64,000 nt of DNA from Acidimicrobiales bacterium (GTDB lineage: Bacteria > Actinomycetota > Acidimicrobiia > Acidimicrobiales > Bog-793). The notes under the pieces are model-generated. The model made no database searches. It saw only the letters and a program-made list of their open reading frames with translations, and was not told the DNA's origin. The translations under genes were made by a program, and so were the position numbers. The stretch is taken from positions 8,507-72,506 of the forward strand of contig JBKQLZ010000006.1 in NCBI GenBank assembly GCA_052146895.1, in the 5' to 3' direction. Of this stretch, positions 8,681 to 19,065 are shown piece after piece (within the stretch, counting starts at the first letter, position 1; each line of letters begins with the position of its first letter).

Positions 8681-9609
8681 GCCACTTCTTCACCTACGCC
8701 ATAATCACGGCCACTCTGGCGTCCGCCTTCGCCCTCGCCAGCCCATTTCTCGTGGCTGCTCTTGGTGAGACCATGGGGCAACGCAGCGGGGTCATCAACC
8801 TCGGTGTGGACGGGATCATGCTCCTGGCGGCCTTCGCTACCTACTACACGGCCCTTCAAACTGGCAGCCTTCTGTTCGGCATCCTCGCCGGTGCTGGCAC
8901 CGGGATGGTGATGGGCGTCGTCACGGCCTTCATGTCGGTCACCTTGAAGGCCCAGCAGGGCATCAGCGGAATCGGCGTCTACCTCTTCGGCCTCGGCCTG
9001 AGTGACCTGCTCTTCCTCAAGCTCGTGGGCACACCCCTGCCAATCTCCGAGCTGAGACCGCTCGACATTCCGCTTCTCGACCGCATACCGGCCATCGGGC
9101 CGATCCTCTTCGAGCAGACGATCCTCGTGTACCTGGCATTCCTCCTCGTCCCGGTGTTCACCTTCGTCCTCAACCGTACGACCTTCGGCCTCAAGATCCG
9201 CTCAGTCGGGGAGAACCCTGCGGCTGCCGACACCGTCGGCATCAGCGTGTCCCGCATACGTTGGTCGGCGGTCCTCATCGGCTGCACGATGGCCGGCCTC
9301 GCGGGAGCCACCCTCCTCCTCTACGACGGGATCTTCATGGAGAACCTCACCCAGAGCGAGGGCTTCATCGCCGTCGCGCTCGTCTACTTCGGCGCCTGGC
9401 GCCCTGCGGGCGTCATGGGGGGCTCCGTCCTCTACGGACTGGTGATCGCCGTCGTCCTCTCGTGGAAGTCGCTCGGCATCATCCCGCTCAGCGCGTCTGA
9501 CCTCGCCGCCACGGCGCCCGCCGTGGTCACGATCCTCGTCCTGTTGCTCGTGGCCCGCCGCTTCCGCCAGCCGGCCGCCCTGGGCAAGCCCTACGAGAGA
9601 GGAGCTTGA
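8677..9609 (+). CDS. ABC transporter permease (YufQ-like)
   Basis: Second polytopic permease (GVINLGVDGIM). Start overlaps the upstream stop by 4 nt. Confidence 0.85.
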   Translation: MSHFFTYAIITATLASAFALASPFLVAALGETMGQRSGVINLGVDGIMLLAAFATYYTALQTGSLLFGILAGAGTGMVMGVVTAFMSVTLKAQQGISGIGVYLFGLGLSDLLFLKLVGTPLPISELRPLDIPLLDRIPAIGPILFEQTILVYLAFLLVPVFTFVLNRTTFGLKIRSVGENPAAADTVGISVSRIRWSAVLIGCTMAGLAGATLLLYDGIFMENLTQSEGFIAVALVYFGAWRPAGVMGGSVLYGLVIAVVLSWKSLGIIPLSASDLAATAPAVVTILVLLLVARRFRQPAALGKPYERGA

Positions 9610-9721
9610 TCCCTTGACACGCCAGCATCCTCCCGACTCGAGGTTTGGCCCTAAGACGGCCGCAACTTGGAGAAACGCAGCTCGGATCCAACCAAATAGA
9701 GACAACCGAAAGGAGAACACA

Positions 9722-10741
9722 ATGCATGCACATCTGACCAAGAAGGTCGCTGTGCTGCTTGTTGCGCTCGGTTTGACGCTGGCCTCGGCGGCCTGCGGCA
9801 ACAGCAACTCAAGCAGCACGACGACTTCGTCCCCTTCCTCGTCCGGGCCAAAGGTCTTCAAGGTCGCCCTCGTCGCCCCGAGTGCCACGAATGACCTGGC
9901 TTTCACGGAGTCGATGTACAACGCCCTCGAGGGCCTGAAGAAGTCCGAGAACCTGCAGATCTCGGTGTCGGCCAACGAGTACGTGGTCTCCGACGCCGCC
10001 AACGTCATCCGACAGTACGCCGTCGACGGCTACAACCTCGTAATCGCCCACGGGTCTCAGTACGGCTCGACGATCGAGGCGCTGGCCCCTCAGTTCCCCA
10101 AGGTGTCCTTCGCCTGGGGCACGGCCGGCTCGACGTTCGGAATGCAGAATGTGTTCGCCTATGAGGCGAGCTCGAACGAGGGCGGCTACGTGCAGGGCTA
10201 CATGGCAGCCATGCTCAGCAAGTCACACGTGCTCGGAATCATCGGGCCAATCGAGACCGGCGACGCCAAGCTGTACGTCGACGGCTTTGTCGCCGGAGCG
10301 AAGGCGTACGACCCCACGATCACGGCCAACCCCGTCTACACAGGGTCGTTCAGCGACGACAGCCTGATGGACACTGCCGCCAAGACCTTCGTGTCCGACG
10401 GTGCCGATGTCCTCACGGGCAGCTCGCAGTCGGTTGTCGGAGCTATCGGCGTCGCGTCGGCCGATCACATCCCGTGGTTCAGCACGCAGTGGAGCCAGGC
10501 CACCCTCGCACCGACCGAAGTCGTGTCGGCGCAGGTGTACAACTGGACGCCCGTCCTGACTCAGATGATCACGGAGATCCGTGGGGGCAAGCTGGGCAAC
10601 GCCACTTACGTCATCGGGCTCGGCAACGCCGGCGAGAAGATCGTCTTCAACCCCGGTTTCCCGCTGCCCACATTTGTGAAGACCGAGGCGCAGAAGCTCA
10701 TCACGGAGATCACCAACGGGACCCTCACGGTTCCGCAGTGA
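9722..10741 (+). CDS. BMP-family ABC transporter substrate-binding lipoprotein
   Basis: Signal peptide plus lipobox (LTLASAAC), Ser/Thr linker, Bmp/PnrA-like body (KVALVAPSATNDLAFTES, GPIETGDAKLYVDGF). ATG at 9722 chosen over the longer ORF start. Confidence 0.85.
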   Translation: MHAHLTKKVAVLLVALGLTLASAACGNSNSSSTTTSSPSSSGPKVFKVALVAPSATNDLAFTESMYNALEGLKKSENLQISVSANEYVVSDAANVIRQYAVDGYNLVIAHGSQYGSTIEALAPQFPKVSFAWGTAGSTFGMQNVFAYEASSNEGGYVQGYMAAMLSKSHVLGIIGPIETGDAKLYVDGFVAGAKAYDPTITANPVYTGSFSDDSLMDTAAKTFVSDGADVLTGSSQSVVGAIGVASADHIPWFSTQWSQATLAPTEVVSAQVYNWTPVLTQMITEIRGGKLGNATYVIGLGNAGEKIVFNPGFPLPTFVKTEAQKLITEITNGTLTVPQ

Positions 10742-10770
10742 TCCGAGCGTGACAGGGTAACGAGGCCAAC

Positions 10771-12339
10771 GTGGTAGCCACCAGCCCTGCGAACAGAGCG
10801 ACGGCTGATCCGGGGGAGGCTCGACTCCTCCTCCGGATGAGCGGCATCACGAAGCGCTTTCCCGGCGTGCTCGCCAACGACGGCGTGGACTTCGACGTGC
10901 GCGCCGGAGAGGTGCACACGCTGTTCGGGGAAAACGGAGCCGGCAAGAGCACGCTCATGCGCGTCCTCTATGGCCTCTACCGTCCCGATTCCGGCGAGAT
11001 CCGCATCAAGGGCGACAGGGTGAACATCTCGTCGCCCGCGTACGCGATTCGCCACGGTATCGGAATGATCCACCAGCACTTCATGCTCGTGAACACCCTC
11101 ACGGTGGCCGAGAACGTCGCTCTCGGCCTTAAGTCCTCCCGGGGTCCGCTCACGGACCTGGACAAGGTGGCGCTGCGACTCGAGGAGCTGGGCAAGAGGC
11201 ACGGTCTCGAAGTGGACCCGCGGGCGCTCATCTGGCAGCTCTCGGTTGGGGAGCGCCAGCGGGTCGAGATCCTGAAGGCGCTCTACCGCGACGTCGACCT
11301 GCTCGTCCTCGACGAGCCCACCGCGGTCCTCACCCCCCACGAGGTCGACGACCTCTTCCAGGTCCTCCGCCAGCTCGCCGCGGGCGGGCGTGGGCTCGTC
11401 TTCATCTCCCACAAGGTGAACGAGGTGCTGGAGCTTTCCGACCGCATCACGGTTCTTCGAGCCGGCAGGCGGGTCGGTACCGTCTCACGGGCGGACGCCT
11501 CCCGAGACCGGCTCGTCGAGATGATGGTGGGGCACGACCTGGCCCCTGACGTTCGACCTGGCATGGCCGCCGCCGGCGAGAGACGCCTCGTCGTGACGGA
11601 CCTCAGGGTGATGGGGGACCGCGGCCAGGAAGCGGTGCGAGGGCTCGACCTCGAGGTCGACGCCGGCGAGATCGTCGGTATCGCCGGCGTGTCGGGCAAC
11701 GGCCAACGAGAGTTCGCCGAGGCCGTGGCGGGCATCCGTCCTCACGCCAGTGGATCCATCCTCCTCGGCGGCAGAGAGGTGGCGGGCGCCTCGGCGGCAA
11801 CCGTGCGCTCCGCCGGGCTTGCCTATGTCCCGGAAGAGCGCATGCGAGACGGGATCGTGCCCGATTTCACGGTCGCCGAGAACCTCCTGCTCGTTGACAA
11901 CCACGACCCGGCCTTCGCACGGCTCGGCTTCCTGCGCGCCCGGGCGATCCGGCGCCACTGCCAGGAGCTGGTCGACGACTTCGCCGTCAAGACGCCGAGC
12001 CTCGACACGCCCGCCCGGAACCTCTCGGGCGGCAACATCCAGAAGCTCATCATGGCCCGCGAGCTCTCCGGGCGCCCGCAAGCTCTGCTCGTAGCCCAGC
12101 CGACGCGGGGCATCGACGTCGGGTCCGCCCAGTACATCCACCAGCGCCTCGTAGAGCAGCGCGACGCCGGCACGGCCGTGCTGATCATCTCGGAGGACCT
12201 CGACGAGGTGATGTCGATCTCTGACCGGATCCTGGTGATGTACGAGGGCAAGATCATCGGTTCGGCCGACCCGCGTTCGACGACCCGCGAGGCCGTCGGG
12301 CTCATGATGGCAGGCGTCCGAGCAGCCGAGACGTCGTGA
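10771..12339 (+). CDS. ABC transporter ATP-binding protein with duplicated ATPase domains
   Basis: Two NBDs: GENGAGKST/LSVGERQRV/LVLDEPT and a second half with LSGGNIQKL/ISEDLDE. Start could be ATG 10837. Confidence 0.9.
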   Translation: MVATSPANRATADPGEARLLLRMSGITKRFPGVLANDGVDFDVRAGEVHTLFGENGAGKSTLMRVLYGLYRPDSGEIRIKGDRVNISSPAYAIRHGIGMIHQHFMLVNTLTVAENVALGLKSSRGPLTDLDKVALRLEELGKRHGLEVDPRALIWQLSVGERQRVEILKALYRDVDLLVLDEPTAVLTPHEVDDLFQVLRQLAAGGRGLVFISHKVNEVLELSDRITVLRAGRRVGTVSRADASRDRLVEMMVGHDLAPDVRPGMAAAGERRLVVTDLRVMGDRGQEAVRGLDLEVDAGEIVGIAGVSGNGQREFAEAVAGIRPHASGSILLGGREVAGASAATVRSAGLAYVPEERMRDGIVPDFTVAENLLLVDNHDPAFARLGFLRARAIRRHCQELVDDFAVKTPSLDTPARNLSGGNIQKLIMARELSGRPQALLVAQPTRGIDVGSAQYIHQRLVEQRDAGTAVLIISEDLDEVMSISDRILVMYEGKIIGSADPRSTTREAVGLMMAGVRAAETS

Positions 12340-12452
12340 ACAGAACTACTTTGAGGTCCACTTGGGCCGCGTGCTCAGCAGCTCGCCGGGACTACCGACC
12401 ACCGACATGAATGCGGCCTGATGGGCCGAGCAGTCCCGTGGGAAAGGACTCG

Positions 12453-13022
12453 ATGATGTCGTACATGATCCGACCCCTCGACGCCTCCACCTGGGATGCC
12501 TTCGCAGAGCTCGTCGAGCGCAACAACGGGATCTTCGGCGGGTGCTGGTGCATCGGTTACCACCCGGAGTGCGGCCAGAAGGGAATCAGCTATCGCGCGG
12601 TCAAGGAGGACCGGGTGCGGACGGGTCGTGCTCACGCCGCCCTCGTCATCGACGAGGACGGCGCCGCACAGGGCTGGTGCCAGTACGGAAGCCCCGAGGA
12701 ACTCCCGGGCATCAAGCACTTGCGCGAGTACGCCAAGGACGCACCGCCGCTTCCGGACTGGCGGATCACCTGCTTCTACGTCGACAAGCGACATCGGGGC
12801 CAGGGCATCGCGCGGGCGGCGTTGGAAGGAGCGCTCGACCAGATCGCCCATGCCGGCGGCGGCCTGGTCGAGGCCATCTCCGATGTGACCGCAGGCCGCG
12901 AGGCGCCGGGCCGGTTCCTGTTCAGCGCGACCGTCGAGCTCTTCGAGCAGTACGGATTCACCTCAGTCCGGCAGGTTGGCAAGCGCGCGTGGATCGTGAG
13001 CCGGATTGTTGATCCGGTGTAA
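12453..13022 (+). CDS. GNAT-family N-acetyltransferase
   Basis: Acetyl-CoA motif KRHRGQGIARAAL and an N-terminal FGGCWC motif. ATG 12453 is preceded by ggaaagga. Confidence 0.7.
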   Translation: MMSYMIRPLDASTWDAFAELVERNNGIFGGCWCIGYHPECGQKGISYRAVKEDRVRTGRAHAALVIDEDGAAQGWCQYGSPEELPGIKHLREYAKDAPPLPDWRITCFYVDKRHRGQGIARAALEGALDQIAHAGGGLVEAISDVTAGREAPGRFLFSATVELFEQYGFTSVRQVGKRAWIVSRIVDPV

Positions 13023-13084
13023 ACGTTGGCCGCAGGCCGCTACCAGCTGTTGCAACGATCGCTCTAATGCGCCCGGGTTGCCCT

Positions 13085-14677
13085 TCAAGCGACCATGGAG
13101 TCAGACGTTGCTGCGACGACCGCATTCCTGCCCTGGCGCTTGGCGACGAGAAGCCGCCCGTCCGCCGCGGTGAGCGCAGCCTGCCAGCCCTTCGCCGGAC
13201 CGCAGGCAACCCCGAGACTCACGGTTACGTGGATTTCCGGCGCGACGGTCGCCCAGTCGAAGCCGGAGACGGCGAGCCGCAACCGCTCGGCGAATCCCGC
13301 AGCAGCAGCCAGCCCGACGCCCGGCAACGCAACCACGAACTCATCCCCGCCGTAGCGGATGGCCAGCTGCCCGTGTCGTGTCTTGCTCGAGAAGAGGTGG
13401 CCGATCTGCTGTAGCACCGCATCGCCAATGTCGTGGCCGAACTCGTCGTTGATTTCCTTGAAGGAATCGATGTCGGCGATGACGCAGGCCACTTCGTCGT
13501 GCCGCCCCGCCTCTTCGTGGAGGAAGCGTTCGAGCAGCCGACGGTTGCCCATGCCCGTGAGGGCGTCCTCCTCAGCCGACCGCGTCGCTGCCGCCGCCTG
13601 AGTTTGCAAGTCCCTGTGGGCGCGCTCGATCTCGACGCTTGCCCAAACCTGCTGCACGAGCTGACCTGTCTGGCGCTGGTGTATCTGCCACATGTGTCTC
13701 TTGGCTTCTCGGGCGCTCGTTAGCGCGCCCGCAAGATCGCCGGCAGCCTCCTCGCACGCGGCCAACTCATCGAGCGCAAACATCAAGTCGTGCTCGTCTG
13801 CGCTCGCCTGGATGATCTGCACATCGCGGCGGGCGGCAACGAGGGCTTCCTCCACCCGGCCTGCCAGGCGGAGACATCGGGCCTCGACCCATGCGAGGTC
13901 GGCGCACGGAGTTGCGGTCGTGGTCGCGTCCGCCGCGCCTCGGAACTCGCCCAGCACCTGCAGCGCATCTTCTGCTCGGCCCATCTCGCACAGGACCTCC
14001 GCGAGCAGCCGGTAATTGCCGAGCCGAGGACTCGCCACCGCCGACTCCTCGAGGAGCAATCGCCGTGCGACCGCTTCGGCGCGTTCAAGACGGTCGGTGT
14101 CGATGCCCAAGTCGGACATCCCTTGCTGCTGGGAGGCAAGGAGCAACGCGTCAGCGATGTTGTACAACTCGCGGCAGACCCTCTCACCGTCACCTATGCG
14201 CTCGGCGGCAGCGAGCGAGTACTCGAACTGCTCAACAGCCCGGTCGTAGTCCAGGTAGTAGTAGCAGAAGATCCCGAGCCGGTTGGTGATCTCCATGCGG
14301 AGACGGTCATCTTTGACCGAGTCGAGGCCAAGGATGCTCTTTGTCACTAGTTCGGAGGCAAGCGAGACGTTGCCGAGCCGAGAGGCGTGGGCGGCACCAA
14401 GACTGGCCGCGTCGACGGCGAGCTCAACGTCGCCGGCTGTCTCGAAGAGAGTCATCGCCGCCGAGGCGTCCTCGCAGGCCCCGCTGTCGAGCGACTGGAA
14501 TGATCGCACTCGGGCCCGGCAGATGAGCAGCCGGGCTCGGTCGAGAGGAGCTGTGACCGACTCGAGCGCCTCCTTGATCTGCGGCAAGCACGCCTCGCAC
14601 TCCTCGGGAGTCGACGCGAGACGCGTACGCTCGAGCAACGCGTCGATCTCGACGGCCGGATGGCTCTTCTGATTCAC
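13085..14677 (-). CDS. Diguanylate cyclase: TPR-like helical N-terminal region plus GGDEF domain
   Basis: DALTGMGNRR, IADIDSFKEINDEFGHDIGD, RYGGDEF (intact active site). No RxxD I-site at the canonical position. Confidence 0.85.
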   Translation of the reverse strand: MNQKSHPAVEIDALLERTRLASTPEECEACLPQIKEALESVTAPLDRARLLICRARVRSFQSLDSGACEDASAAMTLFETAGDVELAVDAASLGAAHASRLGNVSLASELVTKSILGLDSVKDDRLRMEITNRLGIFCYYYLDYDRAVEQFEYSLAAAERIGDGERVCRELYNIADALLLASQQQGMSDLGIDTDRLERAEAVARRLLLEESAVASPRLGNYRLLAEVLCEMGRAEDALQVLGEFRGAADATTTATPCADLAWVEARCLRLAGRVEEALVAARRDVQIIQASADEHDLMFALDELAACEEAAGDLAGALTSAREAKRHMWQIHQRQTGQLVQQVWASVEIERAHRDLQTQAAAATRSAEEDALTGMGNRRLLERFLHEEAGRHDEVACVIADIDSFKEINDEFGHDIGDAVLQQIGHLFSSKTRHGQLAIRYGGDEFVVALPGVGLAAAAGFAERLRLAVSGFDWATVAPEIHVTVSLGVACGPAKGWQAALTAADGRLLVAKRQGRNAVVAATSDSMVA

Positions 14678-14779
14678 TGCTATATGTATCGGCTAATGCG
14701 GGTCGGATCCTGAGGCTGCGCCTCAGACGGGTTCGCCGTGGCAGGGTCGTCTCCACGTCACCCTTATCGTGGGAACCTG

Positions 14780-16249
14780 ATGTCCCCCGAGACACCCCGA
14801 ATCAGTCAGAAGGTCGCCGTCGGGGTTGTCTTCGTCGCCGCCATGTTCATGTCGATCATGGACACCACCATCGTGAACGTGGCCCTGCCCACCATCGGGC
14901 GGACATTTCACGTCGCCCCCACTGCTGTCAGTGCCGTCTCGATCTCGTTCCTCGTCAGCCTTGCAGTGTTCATCCCAGCATCAGGGTGGCTGGGTGACCG
15001 GCTCGGCGGCAAGCGTGTCCTGCTCACCGCCATTGTGATCTTCACGCTCGCATCGGCGCTCTGCGGGCTCGCACAGAACATGACCGAACTGGTGCTGTTC
15101 CGGATCCTCCAAGGTGTCGGTGGCGGCATGCTCGCCCCCGTGGGAATGGCAATGCTCTACCGGGTCTTCCCACCCGCTGAGCGAGTGCGTGCCGCGAGCA
15201 TCCTCACTACCCCGACTGCCCTCGCCCCCGCCCTCGGTCCGGTGCTCGGCGGCCTGCTCGTGTCCGACCTCTCGTGGCGCTGGGTCTTTTACGTCAACCT
15301 CCCCATCGGGTTCGCTGCGATCGTCTTCGGGGCCTTCTTCCTCGAGTCGGTGCCGGAGGCGAACCCCGGACGCTTCGACCTGCCGGGTTTCCTGCTCGCA
15401 GGTGGCGGTCTCGGCCTGCTCATGTACGGGGTCTCCGAGGGACCGAGCACCTCTTGGGTCGCCACCGATGTTCTCGGGACCATCGCAGCCGGCGCCCTCC
15501 TGCTTGGTTGGCTGGTCCGGTACGAGCTGCGCGCCCCCGAACCGCTCATTGACTTTCGCCTGCTGGGCAACGCGCTCTTCCGGGTTGGCACCGGGGCAAT
15601 CCTTCTCACCACAGGGGCCCTGATCGGAGTGCTCTACGTCATCACCCTCTTCTACCAAGACGGCCGGGGCATGTCCGCCCTCCAGGCGGGCCTCAGCACC
15701 TTCCCCGAGGCGCTCGGGGTGATGGTGGGAGCGCAGCTCGCGTCCCGGGTCATCTACCGGCGCCTCGGACCCCGGCGCCACGCCGCCATCGGGAACCTCG
15801 GCATCGCCGTGTTCGTCGCTCAGCTTGCCCTGGTGGGGGCACACACCAGCCTGTGGGTGCCGCGGCTCCTGCTCTTCGGGATGGGCCTCGCCCTGGGCCA
15901 GGTCTTCGTCCCCATCCAGGCGGCCTCCTTCGCCACCATCTCCCCGGCGGCCACCGGCCGAGCCTCCACGATGTTCAACGCCGTGCGACAGCTCGGTGGC
16001 GCCATCGGGGTCGCAGCGTTCAGCTCGGTGGTGGTGGCGGTCGGAGCGGTCCATCTCGTCGACCACCGGCCCATGGCCAATCTGGGCGCTTACCATGCCG
16101 CCTTCCTCACCGCCGCAGGCTTCGCCATCCTCGCGTCGCTCGCCAGCCTGAAGATCCGCGACGCCGACGCGGCATCCACAATGGTGAGCCGGCACCAGAT
16201 GTCGGCCGAGAGCGAAGCCGCACCGAAAGGGCTCGCCCTCGAGGGCTAG
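14780..16249 (+). CDS. MFS transporter, DHA2 (EmrB/QacA, 14-TMS) family
   Basis: MDTTIVNVALPTIG signature, GWLGDRLGGKR, about 14 hydrophobic segments. Confidence 0.85.
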   Translation: MSPETPRISQKVAVGVVFVAAMFMSIMDTTIVNVALPTIGRTFHVAPTAVSAVSISFLVSLAVFIPASGWLGDRLGGKRVLLTAIVIFTLASALCGLAQNMTELVLFRILQGVGGGMLAPVGMAMLYRVFPPAERVRAASILTTPTALAPALGPVLGGLLVSDLSWRWVFYVNLPIGFAAIVFGAFFLESVPEANPGRFDLPGFLLAGGGLGLLMYGVSEGPSTSWVATDVLGTIAAGALLLGWLVRYELRAPEPLIDFRLLGNALFRVGTGAILLTTGALIGVLYVITLFYQDGRGMSALQAGLSTFPEALGVMVGAQLASRVIYRRLGPRRHAAIGNLGIAVFVAQLALVGAHTSLWVPRLLLFGMGLALGQVFVPIQAASFATISPAATGRASTMFNAVRQLGGAIGVAAFSSVVVAVGAVHLVDHRPMANLGAYHAAFLTAAGFAILASLASLKIRDADAASTMVSRHQMSAESEAAPKGLALEG

Positions 16250-16269
16250 CGCCGCGACTCGCCACTGAC

Positions 16270-17109
16270 CTACGAGCGGCGGAGCTTCCAGACGGTGAGC
16301 GGTGCGAAGACCAGCAGGATCCCGACCGACCAGACAAGGGACGGCAACAGGTAGGCGCCGAGCGAGTGGCCGAGCAACAGCGAGCTCGCGTGCCCGCCGG
16401 TGAGAACGCGGACCGTGTTGGACATGTAGGTCAGCGGCTGGTGGTTGGCGAAGACCTGCATCCAGCTGGGCATGGTCGCGACCGGTACGTAGGCGCTCGA
16501 GACGAACGTGAGCGGGAAGACGAGGAACGACAAGCTTTGCGCCGCTTGCGGGCTGCCGGCAAGCAGTCCCAGCGCGAGGAAGAGCCAGCAGAAGACGAAT
16601 CCATAAAGGACGCACAGTCCGAACGCTGCTAAGGCTGCGACTACGCCATCGTGGATCCGGAAGCCTACGAGGAACCCGATGAGGGTTGTGACGCCCAGGC
16701 CCCACGTCACGAGCGCTGTGTCTGCGCTCACTCGCCCGCTGATGATCGAGAGGAGGCGGATGGGCAGGCTACGCAGACGGTCGAACAGCCCACCTTGCAG
16801 ATCCTCGGCGATGCCGGTTGCCGCGCCCATTCCCTGGAACAGGACACTCGTCACCACGAATCCCGGTACGAGGAAGTCCACGTAGGGCAGCAACCCGGTG
16901 TGCGCGACGGCGCCGCCGAAGACGTAGCGGAAGATCAGCAGGAACAAAGCCCCTTGTGCTGTGCCGGCAACGATCAACTGGGGCGATCGGACGAATTTCT
17001 TCACTGTCCGGGCCGAAATTTGCGACGATGCCACGAGGAATCGGGCACCGGTATTTTCAGCAGGTGGCTCCGGGGCCGCCGGGGTACGAGCGGCGGTGTC
17101 GATGCTCAC
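16270..17109 (-). CDS. ABC-2 transporter permease (DrrB-like)
   Basis: Six hydrophobic segments. Start overlaps the stop of the upstream ATPase by 4 nt. Confidence 0.8.
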   Translation of the reverse strand: MSIDTAARTPAAPEPPAENTGARFLVASSQISARTVKKFVRSPQLIVAGTAQGALFLLIFRYVFGGAVAHTGLLPYVDFLVPGFVVTSVLFQGMGAATGIAEDLQGGLFDRLRSLPIRLLSIISGRVSADTALVTWGLGVTTLIGFLVGFRIHDGVVAALAAFGLCVLYGFVFCWLFLALGLLAGSPQAAQSLSFLVFPLTFVSSAYVPVATMPSWMQVFANHQPLTYMSNTVRVLTGGHASSLLLGHSLGAYLLPSLVWSVGILLVFAPLTVWKLRRS

Positions 17110-18071
17110 GCGACCTCCTCCTTTTCTGATCTCGTCGTTGCGTGCCCGGTGAGGGTCAAGAAGACCTCGTCGAGAGTGGGTCGACGCAGTGTTATGTCCT
17201 CGACGGTGACGTTGGCCTCGTCGAGGGCGCGGACTACGACAGGCAGCAGCTGCGCACCGCCTGGCGCAGCGACCGAACAGCGATGGGTGGCTGGCTCCAT
17301 AGAGGGCTCGCCGGTACCGAGCTGCGAGAGCACGCTGGTGGCTTGCGCGAGGCTCCCGAGATCGCGGGTGTGAAGCTCGATCATGTCGGACCCGGCGCGG
17401 GTCTTGAGCTCGCCTGGTGTTCCCTCCGCGATCACTCGGCCTTTGTCGATGATGACGACGTAGGCCGCCAGTTGATCGGCTTCATCGAGGTACTGCGTCG
17501 TGAGCAGGATGTCGGTACCCGTACTACCCAAGTCCCGAATGGCATCCCACAGCTCGATACGGCTCCCCGGATCCAACCCGGTGGTTGGCTCGTCGAGGAG
17601 GAGCAGACGGGGCATGCCCACAAGGCTGGCCCCGAGATCGAGCCGGCGACGCATGCCGCCCGAGTAGGTGCGCACTTGGCGGTTGGCAGCGTCCGTGAGG
17701 CCGACCTGTTCGAGCACCGCCGCGGTGCTGATGCGTGCCTTCCGTGAGCTCTGTCCGTAAAGGCGAGCCACCATGTTCAGGTTCTCCCGACCTGTCATCA
17801 TCACCTCGACGGCGGCCGACTGGCCGGCCAAGCCGATAAGCCGACGAATGGCCATGGAATCGTGAATGACGTCGCGACCAGCCACGCGCAGTGAGCCGGC
17901 GCCAGGGCGCAGCAGGGTCGCCACAGTACGAATGAAGGTGGTCTTGCCGGCACCGTTCGGGCCGAGGATTGCCACCACTTGTCCGAACGGGAGGGTGAGG
18001 TTCAGCTCGTTCAGAGCCTGCACTTTCCCGAATCGCTTGCTGAGGCGTTCGGCCTCGATGAGGGCGGGCAT
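17106..18071 (-). CDS. ABC transporter ATP-binding protein (DrrA/daunorubicin-resistance-like)
   Basis: GPNGAGKTTFI, YSGGMRRRL, LLLLDEPTTGLD, TTQYLDEA. The ORF upstream of ATG 18071 (or 18089) is Arg/Ser filler. Confidence 0.9.
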   Translation of the reverse strand: MPALIEAERLSKRFGKVQALNELNLTLPFGQVVAILGPNGAGKTTFIRTVATLLRPGAGSLRVAGRDVIHDSMAIRRLIGLAGQSAAVEVMMTGRENLNMVARLYGQSSRKARISTAAVLEQVGLTDAANRQVRTYSGGMRRRLDLGASLVGMPRLLLLDEPTTGLDPGSRIELWDAIRDLGSTGTDILLTTQYLDEADQLAAYVVIIDKGRVIAEGTPGELKTRAGSDMIELHTRDLGSLAQATSVLSQLGTGEPSMEPATHRCSVAAPGGAQLLPVVVRALDEANVTVEDITLRRPTLDEVFLTLTGHATTRSEKEEVA

Positions 18072-18228
18072 GGGCGCACTCCGTTCCATTTGAGTGGGTG
18101 TGGTTCCAGGGCTCAATCGACGGAGGTCGCCTACGCTGCAGGTGCTGCCCGAGCGTTGGTCCTTCGCGGATCGATCTCGTGGTTTGACGGTTCCGGGGTC
18201 GCGTGGCTCAACACGCGGCCCCGGTTCG

Positions 18229-18867
18229 TCACTTCGGGTCGAACGAGAAGACCACCCCCTCCAAGGGAATAAGTCCCTCAGCGTGAAACGACTTCCACAT
18301 CTCGAGGCCGTCGAGGTCCCCGGAGGCAATTTCCTTGATGAGAGCGTTGACGAAGTGGAGCTCGGCTTGAATCTGCTGCTCCTCGTACTCGGCCTCGAGA
18401 CCAAAGAGCCGGGGCAAGCCCATATCAGTCGCGGCGCGAAGGCCGCCGCGAATCTGAGCCAGCTGGAGCCCGAGTGCGTCGGCCCGCGCCCGCAGCGCCA
18501 CGAGTGCGTCATCCGGCGTCAAGGCGGCAAGAAACGAGAGACCAGCCATGAACTGGGGGTACTCCTTGGTGGGCTGGCCGATGATCTCGGTCATCCAGTC
18601 GATCATCTCGCGGGCCCCCGCGTCGGTGATCTGGTAGATCGTCCGCTCGGGCCGCTTGCCCTCGCGCACCGTCTCGAGCGCCTCGATCAGGCCGCGCTTC
18701 TCCAAGGCTTCGACGACCGCGTACAGGGAGCCGTAATTGAGACGAACGCTCTCGTGCTTGGCACGCGCCCGCAGGGTCTGCGCCACCTCGTAGGGATGCA
18801 TCGGCTTCTCGTAGAGCGTGACGAGTACGGCCAGCGCGAGGGCGTTCGATCGGGCCTGTCGTGGCAC
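18229..18867 (-). CDS. PadR-family transcriptional regulator
   Basis: LALAVLVTLYEKPMHPYEV, YGSLYAVVEALEKRGLIEA, GKRPERTIYQITDAG. First gene of a padR-drrA-drrB-like operon. Confidence 0.85.
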   Translation of the reverse strand: MPRQARSNALALAVLVTLYEKPMHPYEVAQTLRARAKHESVRLNYGSLYAVVEALEKRGLIEALETVREGKRPERTIYQITDAGAREMIDWMTEIIGQPTKEYPQFMAGLSFLAALTPDDALVALRARADALGLQLAQIRGGLRAATDMGLPRLFGLEAEYEEQQIQAELHFVNALIKEIASGDLDGLEMWKSFHAEGLIPLEGVVFSFDPK

Positions 18868-18877
18868 GATTCCAGAA

Positions 18878-18893
18878 TACTCTATTTAGAGTA
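18878..18893. promoter_or_regulatory. Inverted repeat TACTCTA-tt-TAGAGTA, putative PadR operator
   Basis: Perfect 7-bp arms lie 11 nt upstream of the padR start, in a locally AT-richer stretch. Confidence 0.4.
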
Positions 18894-19065
18894 CCCGATC
18901 AATAGCATTCGCTTCAGATCATTGGCCGTCTAGCAGACGTCGACTGGGACCGCGATCCGCGGCCCATTCCGTCATCGCACAACGCGATGGGCAGTTATCG
19001 GCGCACTGGCAGCGCTTAAGCGCCGGGGAGAACCAGGCGGCGGCGGAGCCGCTGAGCAGCTCGGC

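Noticed and set aside
14981-16705. 574-aa ORF on the minus strand
   Set aside because: It is antisense to the well-supported DHA2 MFS gene (14780-16249) and overlaps the ABC-2 permease. The translation is Arg/Gly/Pro/His-rich with no motifs, a typical high-GC shadow ORF.
18072-18512. N-terminal 147-aa extension of the DrrA-like ATPase ORF
   Set aside because: The extension is Ser/Arg/Pro filler and overlaps the padR 3' end. ABC ATPase homology begins at MPALIEAERLSKRFG (ATG 18071).
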